This document shows, one piece after another, positions 53,201 to 64,000 of a stretch of 64,000 bases of DNA. The notes under the pieces were generated by a model that saw nothing but the letters and a program-made list of their open reading frames with translations, did no database searches and had not been told where the DNA came from. Both the position numbers and the translations under genes were made by a program. The DNA lies in NCBI GenBank assembly GCA_051362555.1, contig CM120642.1, positions 13,516,001 through 13,580,000 of the forward strand, written 5' to 3'. This DNA is from Lingula anatina. Taxonomy: Eukaryota; Animalia; Brachiopoda. The first letter of the stretch is position 1. Every line of letters begins with the position of its first letter.

Positions 53201-56200
53201 TGTGATCATATCTCAATATGCTCCAGGTATTACCAGGCATTAGAGGCTAAGAAGGAGAGGGCCAGCAAGTCATCTCAGAGTTTTGGACCAAAGGGTGCTC
53301 GAGGAGGAAATCCTGCACAGGTAGGTAAAAACAAATCTTAAACGAAAAAGATGTTACAGTTGATGAGAGGGAAGTACTTATTGTAAGTACATGTATTTTG
53401 TAATACATTTTGATGTAAATTGTTTCATTAATATACTGATCAGAAGTGAAAAATTAGGTTACTGCAGATTCATACTTAATGATTGTAAAAGGGTTTAACT
53501 AAAATAGATAAAAGAAACTAGTTGGTCATAAAATGTTTTTTTATTATAGGTTAAAGTGTTCCCATAGAGTTATGAGTAATTTTTACTTTTCTTTTCTAGG
53601 ACAAAAATGTGTGGCTTTCAGTGATAGACATGTTGAAGAAGAAGGACAAGCTGCCTGCTGTGGCCTTCACATTCTCCAAGAAGAAGATTGAGGACAATGC
53701 CAGCAACTTGTCCAGCGTGGACCTCACCACTCAGAGTGAAAAGAGCGAGATACACATCTTCTTCCAGAAGAGTATAGCAAAGCTTAAAGGTTCAGATAAA
53801 ACACTTCCACAGGTGAGCAAGGTGACCTGTGAAATAACAGATGGATTTTTTAAAGCTCTAAATGAACTTGCTACAGTATGTGTTTTTAAATGGCATACAA
53901 AAAAGGTGCAAATAAAAGAATTTGATTAAGAGAAAGACAGCAGATGCAAACTGTACACTGGAATATTATACTTTTAAGACTGATATTTTGAAAGTTTTGT
54001 TTGTATGATAGGTAGATTACCTAGAGTGGAGGGTGCATTGTACATATATTGATCAAGCAGATCATGCTGGTCTTTACCTCCGACAAAAGATAACATTTAA
54101 CTTTTCTGTTGTGGATGTTTTTATGTTTACATGTAAAAACTCTCCCCACCATTTCACATTTACCCACTAGGTTCTTCACATGCAAGACATCCTGAAGCGA
54201 GGTATAGGCATTCACCACAGTGGAATCCTGCCTATCCTCAAGGAGGTGGTAGAGATGTGCTTTCAGAGAGGATTAGTCAAGGTGAATACACTGCATGACA
54301 GAAAGTAATGAGTGTAGCATGTACTGTTGTTCTTTAGTTGGTTTAGGTAATCGTTCATGATTATTGTTCAGTGTTCATAGGATCACTGCTGGTTCAAATA
54401 ATACTTCTGTAACAATTTATTCCAGGTTTTGTTTGCCACGGAAACCTTTGCTATGGGAGTCAACATGCCAGCCAGGACTGTGATATTTGACTCCATCAGA
54501 AAGCATGATGGGACAGCATTCCGTGACCTACTTCCAGGGGAGTACATCCAAATGGCGGGTCGGGCAGGACGTAGAGGTTTGGATGCTACTGGGACGGTGA
54601 TGATTCTGTGTAAAGGAGATGTGCCAGAGATGGCTGACCTGCATAAAATGATGCTTGTAAGATTTTTCTTTATTTTTCCAAAACCATTTGGTTGAGTCAG
54701 GTACAGCAGGTACCATAAGTTGAGAAATAGTCTGAAATGAAAATACACATATCATTATGATTTTGCTTCATTGAAGACTCACATTTTTAATCTGGTGCAA
54801 ATAATTATGAAACCTAGCAATTAATACCTTTGTCACTGTTTTTCATTCATAGGGGAAACCCACACTACTTCAGTCACAGTTTAGACTCACTTATTCCATG
54901 ATTTTAAACCTGCTTCGAGTGGAACAGTTACGCATAGAGGACATGATGAAGAGAAGCTTTTCTGAGTTCCACTCACAGAAGAGCACCACAGAGAGAAAGA
55001 AGACCATGGCAGATCTGCAGGAGAAGATGTCCACAATGCAGGACTTGGATTGCAATGTGTGTTGCATTGACTTGGAGGGCTATTACAAAGCATGCCGAGA
55101 ATACTGTATTACTAAAACAGAGCTTCAGGTAAAATTATAGGCTATAATGTGTGCTATTCAAGTTTTTTCATCTCAAAATATGAGAGATACACTGTACATG
55201 GGCCTCATATAGGAAAATGTATTCAGTCTTATATATCTTATATATCTTAAGCCATGCTGTATCCATTATGAATAATGAAATTAATATAATTATTTCTATA
55301 CTTTTCTTCCCTTTTTTGCATCAAAATTCTGCATATAATCTCTTTCAGTTGACGTTTGAATGATATTCATGAATTTTGAATTTATTTATGCTAAGATCAT
55401 ATTTCAAAATGCAAGTGAATGTTAATTTTCAGTACTTATTAGTGATAAAGTTATCTTTTTTTAAATATTTTGTAGAAAAAAGTTCTCACTCACCCAGCAG
55501 CCATCAAGGCACTGTCACCAGGCAGAGTGGTTATTGTAGACACAGAACTCTATCAAAATACATTGGCAACAGTATTAAAAAGCACACTGGGCCAAAACAA
55601 TGAAAGGACGTTCACATGTTTGGTCATTTGTGAGAAAAATGCCAGCAGAGCTGACTCTGCGTCAAATGCAACCAAAACAGTTGAGGGACCACTGATAAAA
55701 CCAGTTTTAGTCAATCAAGTCTTGTTTCAACCTGAAGGACCAAGCGGCCACGTGATAGTAGACTTAAGAGCTGAACACATTGGTGCCATTAGCAATGTAG
55801 CGTTGAAGGTTAATGCAGACAGAATTCTTGAGGACTTCAAAAAGAGACAGATTGCTCGATTCAAGTAAGGGTGTTTTTTTTTGTTGCATTGGTTCAATGA
55901 TCTTACATTTACAGATGAAGACATGGTCATGATACTCTTAAATGAAACAATTACGATACTTTTGTGCAGCTGCCTCTAATTTCTTTTTGTCTTAAATCCT
56001 TTGATATAATTGTTTGAACCCAGTTTTTGGTGGATTCCAGGATGGAATGAACATAGGAAAGGAAAAATCAACATGGCATGCTTATACTTTTTAATAAGGT
56101 TTATGGCACATCTTAAGATATCTTGTACAGTGTATTCGACTATCAAACGCATATAAATTAAAAATAGATGAATGGTTTCTTTCTTACCTTGACTGAAATT

Positions 56201-58309
56201 TACATGACTCGTTCTCTAAGATTCAGTCACCAGAAATAGAAAAAAAAACTGTGTGAAATTTAATTTTTTTTCACTTTTCAGAAATGATCCACCTGGCCAG
56301 TCTGTAGTGACCACAACTCAGGAACTCCTACGCCTGGCAGAGTCTGATCCTCATGGTCTGCCATCTTTGGACCCAGTCAAGGACTTTGGTCTCCGTGACA
56401 TTGACCTTGTGGAGCAGTTCAGGCGACTACAGTTTCTTCAGGAAGAATTGAAAAATTTTGCCTGCGTGACTTGCTCCAATTTCAGAAAGCATGTAAGAGA
56501 ATGGTTTTGCATAAGAAGTAGTTGCCCAAATAAGAATATGTCATTTTTTAAAACTGTTAGTGCATGGCTATTTTATTTATGCAAAGACTTGGTTTTAGAC
56601 AGCTTAAATTTCCAAACTCATGTTATAAAATATACTTTGGAAAATGTTTAAACTTTTCTCATGCTCAGTTAAGGTTTTTGTGAAGCAAGGTATTCAAGTA
56701 AAATAAATTTTTTTAAACTTAATACATCACTATGTTATGCCACTTCTTACATGTATGCATCCTATTTCAGTTTGAAGAAAAACATAATTATATGAGATTG
56801 AAGGAAGAGTATGCCCACCTCCAGTTTTTGCTGTCAGATGAAAGCCTAACACTGCTGCCAGAATATCAACAGAGAGTTCAGGTATTTAAAAAAAAAAACT
56901 TTATAGTCCTTAGGACAAAAGTAAACAATTTCACCTGTTAGACCACAATATCAGTGGCACAGGGATAACTGGCTGCCTTTCTTGAATTATCTCTGCTTGT
57001 GAAAGAAAAAATGATTATGATACTGTTAAATGAAGAAGGCTTGTGTTGATATAATAATATATATATAATTCTTCTTGTGGGCATATTACTGGCAGGAAAA
57101 GCAGATTAATAAATTAAATTGTGATTCGAGATTAAAAAAAAAAAAACTCATTAATCTAAATTGTATGTTGGTTTTGTTTTCTAGGTGCTGAGAGCACTGA
57201 AGTATATCGACAACACAAATACAGTACAACTGAAAGGGAGAGTGGCTTGTGAACTGGGCAATCAGGAGATCATTATCACTGAACTGGTGTTTGAGAACAT
57301 CCTGACGGATCTCCATCCCACCGAGATAGCCGCCTTGTTGTCCTGTGTTGTGTTTGAACAGAAGAGGTGCAGTGAGCCTAGCCTTACACCAGACTTACAG
57401 AAGGTATACATCACTTGAGTTCTATGTACCAGTCTTAAGAATTTGCCTTTTCAGACTTAGATTTAGATGGATCCAGGTCTGGCTTTGGGGGCATTGCTAT
57501 ATGACAGGCAAATGAATGTTATGGTAATTCAGCTCTCACCTCTGTTACAATTCGCTATAGATATTTTTAGACCTAAGTACTTCTGGGGTAACTTTTTTTC
57601 CCTTTTCTCCTTTTGCCTATTTGAAAAATTTTCTTCATTGCTGTACCTACTGTTTTGTTTCAGGGCAAAGACTTGATTCTGAAAATAGCTACTAGTATTG
57701 GTGAAACTCAGAGAGCCTGTGGGTTACTGACCCCAGTGGACGAGATCGTGGAAAGCCTCAAGTTTGGACTGACAGAGGTTGTGTTTGAATGGGCACGAGG
57801 CATGGTAAGATGGTGTTCTTAATGGGCCTTTGATTTTTAAATTAAAATATTAAATTTCATACAGTGTTGTCCCAAATGATTAATGTAGTGCCTTAAAACC
57901 AATAGCGATGGCATAGCACGGGTTCTGATATATTTACAAAGAAAAAATTAATGTACAATTTCATCCATTAGTTCTTTACAATGATCTTGGTTTTCAGCCA
58001 ATCGACTTGTTGCTGTAATATTAAGTCATATCTTTTATGTAACAAACTGTCCAGGTAGAGAGCAATTGGTATAAGGTGGCAAAGCTCACCCAAATTTGTT
58101 TCTTCCAGCCATTCTCAGAGATCACAGGACTGACCGATGTCCAGGAGGGCATCATAGTGAGATGTATTCAGAGACTGGACGAAACCTTGAAGGATGTCAG
58201 GAATGCAGCCAGGATTATTGGTGACCCTGTACTTTATAGGAAGATGGAGGAGGCCTCCAAACTAATTAAAAGAGACATTGTATTTGCTGCAAGCCTGTAC
58301 ATTCAGTGA
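47201..58309 (+). CDS. SKIV2L: Ski2-like DExH RNA helicase (SKI complex subunit SKIC2/SKIV2L), 23 coding exons, ~1261 aa
   Basis: Manually spliced GT-AG exons: 47201-47335, 48220-48326, 48803-48920, 49271-49385, 49658-49726, 49936-50150, 50600-50788, 51132-51277, 51556-51711, 51958-52042, 52308-52414, 52805-52951, 53227-53320, 53600-53812, 54171-54281, 54426-54656, 54853-55128, 55476-55864, 56282-56492, 56771-56881, 57185-57403, 57664-57804, 58109-58309 (3786 nt, phases consistent). Motifs: [57 protein letters not shown] and C-terminal [11 protein letters not shown]. The Ski2-specific N-terminus ([17 protein letters not shown]) distinguishes it from MTR4. Confidence 0.96.
47550..47715 (+). 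mobile_element. 166-bp MITE, TIR CAGGCCCGTAG, 5-bp TSD CACTT (SKIV2L intron 1)
   Basis: cactt|caggcccgtag...ctacgggcctg|cactt read directly. Confidence 0.92.
48008..48176 (-). mobile_element. 169-bp MITE of the same family in inverted orientation, 5-bp TSD ATATC (SKIV2L intron 1)
   Basis: atatc|caggcccgtag...ctacgggcctg|atatc. The reverse complement aligns end to end with 47550-47715. Confidence 0.92.
48463..48656. mobile_element. ~194-bp fold-back MITE in SKIV2L intron 2
   Basis: Left end actattgttctatgtagatggatccaac vs reverse complement of right end actattgttctacgtagattgatcgaac. Inner inverted pair: tgaatgtaatcagattaac / gttaatctgtttgcattca. Confidence 0.8.
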
Positions 58310-59539
58310 ATGTTGGGATGAAATATTGTGTAGAATGTGAAAATATTTTAGATAAAATACATGGAGATTCTATGACATTGTGGTCAATTTCAGGTCATGT
58401 TGCTGAGATTTGAAAGAGTAAAATAAACTGTTTTTTACTCCAGGTAGAAGACACATCATGTGTCTGGTTCACGTGCATGTTGCACTTCCCGGAAGCACAG
58501 CTTTCAGTCAGATATTTGAGATTAGAATATAACGAGTTTAATTTGAAAGCTTTAGAATTATCCGATTTTTGGTTGGGATGGAAATAGTCAAAATTACAGC
58601 GATAGGTGACCTGCTTGCAAAACTGGATGCCAATATGGCACTTCATACAGCCCATCAAAATGGCATAATTGAATATAAAAGTAATTTATTTTGATAGAAT
58701 GTTTGGATTTGAAAATGGTCCATGTGTGATGCTACACTACTGATTTTTTTTTTCAATATTTTTGTAATATATACATCAGAATGTTGGTGTTTAACATCTG
58801 CAATAATTTCTTTATCACTGTATCATATTTTTACATTCTTCAAAAGAATAAATGTAAATTCATATATGGAAACATTCTTGAGTTTTATTACATTTGTCTT
58901 TCAAAGTGGTCCAACAGTAATGTAACATATTCAAATTTACACAAATGCTAGGCTATACACATGATTACAGGCTTCCTTGTTGTCCTTTTTCATTCAAAAA
59001 TGGTGCAAGAAAAAAGAACAAAAGTCCAAAGATCTTTCTACCGTAACACAAATATCAGACAAAAACACTTTCCTGTAGAAGGTAAAAATTATGTTCAACA
59101 GGCCTAACAATTCCCCTTTCAGACTTGACAAACAAAACCCAAAGTTTGGTCACTTTTTGTGACGTTGGTTCAAATTAAATTTTTGAATTAGCATATCTTT
59201 GTCTGTTCATAATTACAAGACTTACTTTGACTTAACATGTACTACCAATAAACCATCCTCATACAAACTTGAATGAGCAGTCACATAATAACAAAAAAGC
59301 AAAATCACTTCTCAGTACTATGTGTCAGCTTCAATCACACACCAGGGTTTCAGTCCTAGACTACTACTTTTGCAGATGTCAGTAGTGACACCATGAACAA
59401 TGTCACAGCTGCAAAACTGTATGGACAATAGGACATATTAAACTGCCTCAGCACAACAATTCTGCAATTCCTTGCACACGACTTTCAAGACACACAGTAG
59501 TGGCTGCAGAATAGCAATGTTAGTCACTATTAAGGATCC

Positions 59540-61004
59540 CTATGCCCTGGCTGCTGCCTTTACTTGTGCTTGCTGGAACTGATGTTGGATCTTATTTAAA
59601 TTGTCTCTATGAGTCTCTTGCTTCTTCTCTAAATCCTTGATAGTGTTTTCATGTCTTTTTCTGAAAAACAAAAAATCACAAAACCATAAAAGAGTGTTCA
59701 TATAAGAGATGGGCAATCTTTAATAATAGACCTTGCAATTAAACTTCACTTCTTTCAAGCAAAGGTTTTTGAGAGTGCATTACTTCAACAACCTTACACT
59801 ATGTAAAAATTTCTATCCCAAAAAACCGTACATCAGAAAGAAACAAGGTAGTGAGGTTTTCTATAACATAATGAAAATAGTTTTGAGAGCATTTCTTCCA
59901 TTAAGTACTCTAAAATGTCTCTTTTCTGAATAAAAACTAGTCATAAAGAGTCTGCTATCATGACTTGCATGTGTTTCTCTGATTTTCTTAAATGTAGTAT
60001 TTCTTATTATTAGCATCTCATACATTTCACCACTGATATAGTCTATCCTTTTCTGCACTGTCTGCTTGGCTTCCCCCAAGTCCTGCTTCACCAGTACTGG
60101 ACCTATCATTTTGTACACATTAGAGCCATCACTCAACCTGTCCAATTCCTAGGGTAGAAAAGAAATGATGGTACAAATGACAGGAGAAAATTTTATTTTC
60201 ACATGCTTATTGAACTCTTAATTGCCAAACTAAAATATTCGACTTCACATAATTTCTTTCAAAAAAATGTGTAATTTCCAAATCATCGCACAGATAATCA
60301 TCAGTTTCAACAATAAACCCTAAAAAACAGTTTTGTCACAAAATTCAATTTGTTTTTGGATTGAAGATGAACAGGTTATGTTTATGGGTTATTCCATAGT
60401 TATTAGCGACTAAACTGTCATTTAGCAATATGCATTTTAAGTATTATCCCTCCCACTAATCAAATCAAGTTGTATTTTTCTTACTTCTTTGACAAGACTA
60501 TTTTCATTGAGCTGAGCATCCAGCTGCTGACGGGCACTCACATACTTCTGATAATCTGAAAAAATATAAATTATTAATAATAAATATTAACTAGATCTTC
60601 CAAGAATAACATTACACCGATAAAATTATTTTAAACGAGTGAGTCCTAGTATTAAAAGATAGTAAAATGATCTGATCTAGGTACCTATCAAAAGCTTTTT
60701 GTCTACAGTTAGTGCAATCATCATTATCAGAGTCATGGCCATAATCTGCACAAAGAAATTAAGTTAATGTCATTAGTAAAAGCACGCCGTTTCTCTGGTG
60801 TGTCGTGTTTGGGAAGTGTTGCCATGTAACACTGTGATTAACAAGGCATCGCTTTGAAAGTAAAAAGTGTTTTGTCAAAATCGTTTAATGTGCAAGACTT
60901 TTTATCAAAATTCATGACACTAAATTTGAAATTTACTTGCCTTTTTGCACAGCCTGATACTTTTCTAACTCTCCTTGAAGCCGCTTCTGTAGACCTTCCG
61001 CCAT
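59540..61004 (-). CDS. PFDN6: Prefoldin subunit 6, 4 coding exons, 126 aa
   Basis: Exons 61004-60941, 60555-60485, 60148-60024 and 59660-59540 (381 nt) give MAEGLQKRLQGELEKYQAVQKDYQKYVSARQQLDAQLNENSLVKEELDRLSDGSNVYKMIGPVLVKQDLGEAKQTVQKRIDYISGEIKRHENTIKDLEKKQETHRDNLNKIQHQFQQAQVKAAARA*. This matches the PFDN6/KE2 signature (K.IGPVLVKQ). Intron 1 has a GC donor. Confidence 0.96.
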
Positions 61005-61189
61005 ATTGAAATAAATCCAAAAATAAAATGTGTTGGAGATGTTGATTGGCTGCAAAATGGATGATCCAATCAAATGCCTTGTGTAATTTGTGTATACTTG
61101 ACCCAATTTCGCGAATTTTGCAATGTATTTCTTCGTCTATGTTGTGTGTGCACGTTAATACAGTAGCTGTATATGTGAAAGGAAATGCT
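61005..61189. promoter_or_regulatory. Compact bidirectional promoter between PFDN6 and SURF1
   Basis: 185 bp separate the divergent ATGs. It has opposed CCAAT boxes (gattgg ~61043, ccaatc ~61065), a TTCGCGAA palindrome at ~61088 and a YY1-like CCGCCATATT overlapping the PFDN6 ATG. Confidence 0.6.
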
Positions 61190-61524
61190 ATGACTTTGTG
61201 TGAAGTGAAAAATATGATTGGAATCAGACGGCAGTTTTTGAGATTTGCCACATCGTTACATGAGCAGAAAGGACAGGTAGTTTTTCAAGTCACAAAACTT
61301 AATTGTGCTGTGCTCTGGTATAAAAACAACATGTTGGTGCATTGGTAAGATAATATTGTTACAAATACTGGGGTGCAGTGGTTCATATGGATAACTTTTT
61401 CAGAGGTTGCAACTTGTTTTGACATTGTAAATATGTTTGAAAGATGTGTAATGGGTATTTACATATCTTAAAACTTATTTTTGACAGTTGGTACAATGTA
61501 TGTGGTGGCACTTTTGCAGACCCC

Positions 61525-61555
<31 letters not shown>

Positions 61556-63235
61556 ACAACCACCACCATGTAATAACTCTGTTATGATAAATATGAATAA
61601 CTCTGATACTAGAACTTACATTTAGCAACTGACTAATGTTGCTGTCTCAACCTGAGACCTTTCACAAGGTAAATGACCTGGGTGGACTGGTCACCTCAGC
61701 TATTGCCATACCAATATGGTTTGGATTAGTGTCCAATGCCCTGACCCATATGTGGAGGGGTTAAACCTGAGGCCTCCTTTCTTGTTCATTGTTGCATTTC
61801 CACCATTCTAGACCAGGAAGAAAACTGGTACTGCAAAAGTATCAATAAGTTTACTTACTTTCAAGCAAATTGGATAGATATTTTATGTGCTTTTTAAAAG
61901 ATCTTAGATTATTCATACCTTGGCACTGATGGTCTGAATGATGTTATCAATATGCATTTAACTGCTGAAAGCCCTCTGTTCATTTGCAATTTGGAGCACT
62001 TTTGTTTCATAATAATAATAAAGAGCTTTTGTTTTACAGCATGCATTTGTGGCAGTTTTGCAATGCTTTGGAAGGCGTGGATTCAGTACAACAGTGAAGA
62101 GAAATCGTCGCTCCAGCATACCAAAAGGGATTGGTGTCCGTGACAAGGAGTTGCCCTACTGGAAAAGATTTTTAAAGGGTGGCTACCCATTACTGGTATG
62201 CTAAGAGAGAGAGTGAGACGAGATATACGATATAATGTTGACTGGTTAATATGTACATTAGTGGAAACACCCCTGATACTCACCAGAAAAGTTCTTGTGT
62301 AAAGTGTTTCTTAGTAAGTTTTCTTTTGTATCATTGTTTTTTAGGGGGATGGATTGAAAATTATAGTAAAACCTGATAATTATTATTTTCTCACTTTATC
62401 ATTGTTTGAATAACTTTTTCTTTTTAATTGGTTTTCACTACAACATTGGGCGCGTACATAATAGATAATCCCTGGACTAACTGATCCAGGGACTAAATAT
62501 GGCTGTCCTCACTAAAATGAAGCCACCTAATCTCCTAATGGTCTCCCTGCCTCCACATGCTCCATCCATGAAGTGATCTAGCAATTAAACCTTGGAGCAG
62601 AGATTTAGTCCGTTTAATGGAACGTGTGGAGGTCGAGGAGACCATCATAGGTTTAGGTGGCTTGCTTTTAAGTATGGTCGGCCATATTAAATCCGTGGAT
62701 CAGTTGATCTGCAGATCATCTGTTCTGAAAGCACCAATTAACCAACTCTGAGGCTGAATATGATACCTTACTCTAAATGTGAAGAATAACAGTTTCTTAT
62801 CTTAAGACAAAACATTTCATAATAATGTCCTCTTTGTTATAGAAACATATATTAAGCTATATATTATTGTCATCATACATTTCATAATAATGTCCTCTTT
62901 GCTATAGAAACATGTATTAAGCTATATATTATTGTCATCATACTAATGTTATAAAATTTGATCATTTATTTAATGCAAAAACCCAACAGCTTTTATAACT
63001 TGCAAAATTTATCAAAATTATCATGGAGATAGTCTACTCTCCAGGTCAAACTTGTGACACCTCTCTACACTGTTACCAGTTTACTAGAATAAATTAATGT
63101 CATTGTTTTCCAGTTGGCCCCAGCAGTATTCACATACCTTGGTTTTTGGCAGATACAGAGACTCAAATGGAAGACGGGGATAATAGATATGCTTAATGAA
63201 AGGACCAATTCAGATCCAATACCTCTGCCAGAGGA
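61190..63235 (+). CDS. SURF1: Surfeit locus protein 1 (cytochrome c oxidase assembly factor), first three coding exons; gene continues beyond the window
   Basis: Exons 61190-61276, 62040-62195 and 63114-63235 splice in frame. An Arg-rich presequence-like N-terminus is followed by GYPLL|LAPAVFTYLGFWQIQRLKWKTGIIDMLNERTNSDPIPLP, matching the SURF1 motif LGxWQxQRxKWK...PxPLP. Exon 1 and the start codon (61190 or 61214) are less certain. Confidence 0.88.
62448..62736. mobile_element. ~290-bp degenerate fold-back MITE in SURF1 intron 2
   Basis: Inverted pairs: aactgatccagggactaaatatggc / gccatattaaatccgtggatcagtt, aagccacctaa / ttaggtggctt, and tggtctcc..cctccaca / tgtggagg..ggagacca. Confidence 0.75.
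62812..62941. repeat. Direct tandem duplication, 2 x 65 bp
   Basis: acatttcataataatgtcctctttg(t/c)tatagaaacat(a/g)tattaagctatatattattgtcatcat occurs twice, with two differences. Confidence 0.93.
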
Positions 63236-64000
63236 GTAAGTGATAACAGTAAACCTAAAAAGCATTCTATACACACTTGAAAATGTCCCAAAGTCATGTT
63301 TTCATGGCTTAGTTACTGAAAAAGCTTCTGAATATATTTCCCAATTCAAACCTCAAAAGGGATGAATCCTTAAGATAGTTATTTCTCTGAAGAATACCTG
63401 ATGTTGATTTTTCTTTCCCAGTTCTAGACCTCAAAGCTTTAATATTTCTTGATATCTGGTGAAAAATAAATTTGTGGATATGATACAGATAAACAAACTG
63501 CAACTCTGTTGCCAATTTCTTGTTGTAAAGTGGAAAAAAATCCTACGAAATATCAAAAAAAAAAAAAAAATACTGCAGTCTAAATGGATCATGATCCATT
63601 CGGAACTGAGTTATATAGTTAGAAAAGGTACAAAACCAAGACATTGACTCTGAGTGCATGGACAGGTCAAGCAATGATTCATGAGTGGGAAAAAGTAGCC
63701 CCTTTTTTGAGGAAAATTAGGTTTGAAAAAAAATTTGTATAGGAAACCACACAATTGGATCTTTGTTAATTTATTTTTGTTTTGCCAAGGTAATGTATGT
63801 TTATGCTACATGTCTGTTTTAGTCATAGAAATTTTGATCATAGAAATTTGTTCATTCATTTGGTTGCTAAAAACAAAAACAAAAATTTCACAGGTTCAAA
63901 TGACAAAAAAAAAGTCTTAACTTGTTTTTATAATTACCCCCTTTCACAGGACATTTTATTTTGTCAGTCATATTGGTAGACTAAAAGTCAACTGTTTTAA

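Noticed and set aside
62040-62195. COX16, suggested by KRFLKGGYPLL at a phase-0 exon end
   Set aside because: The next exon encodes LGFWQIQRLKWK...PIPLP, which is diagnostic of SURF1.
63941-64000. SURF1 exon 4 after ctttcacag
   Set aside because: The translation does not resemble the expected SURF1 continuation (LEYR.V...G); the next exon is probably outside the window.

Overview
Eukaryotic, AT-rich, intron-containing animal DNA; the repeat content suggests an invertebrate, possibly lophotrochozoan (inference). Bases 1 to ~42450 are one head-to-tail array of ~298 copies of a 142-143 bp unit, and the array continues past the left edge. On the minus strand each unit reads as a 62-nt exon plus an ~80-nt canonical GT-AG intron (AG|GTTAGT donor, CTAAT branch point, pyrimidine tract, CAG acceptor). 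The array's upstream boundary falls at a splice acceptor, with a candidate first exon (CAG|GTGAGT) ~1.9 kb further upstream. This exon-intron satellite is the main unexplained system. The unique region holds a 23-exon SKIV2L/SKIC2 RNA helicase gene (+), a 4-exon PFDN6 gene (-, GC-AG first intron) and the first three exons of SURF1 (+), which is head-to-head with PFDN6. The human orthologues of all three lie in the MHC or its 9q34 paralogon. Several MITEs and Helentron-like non-autonomous elements are also present. No CRISPR, rRNA or tRNA genes were seen.
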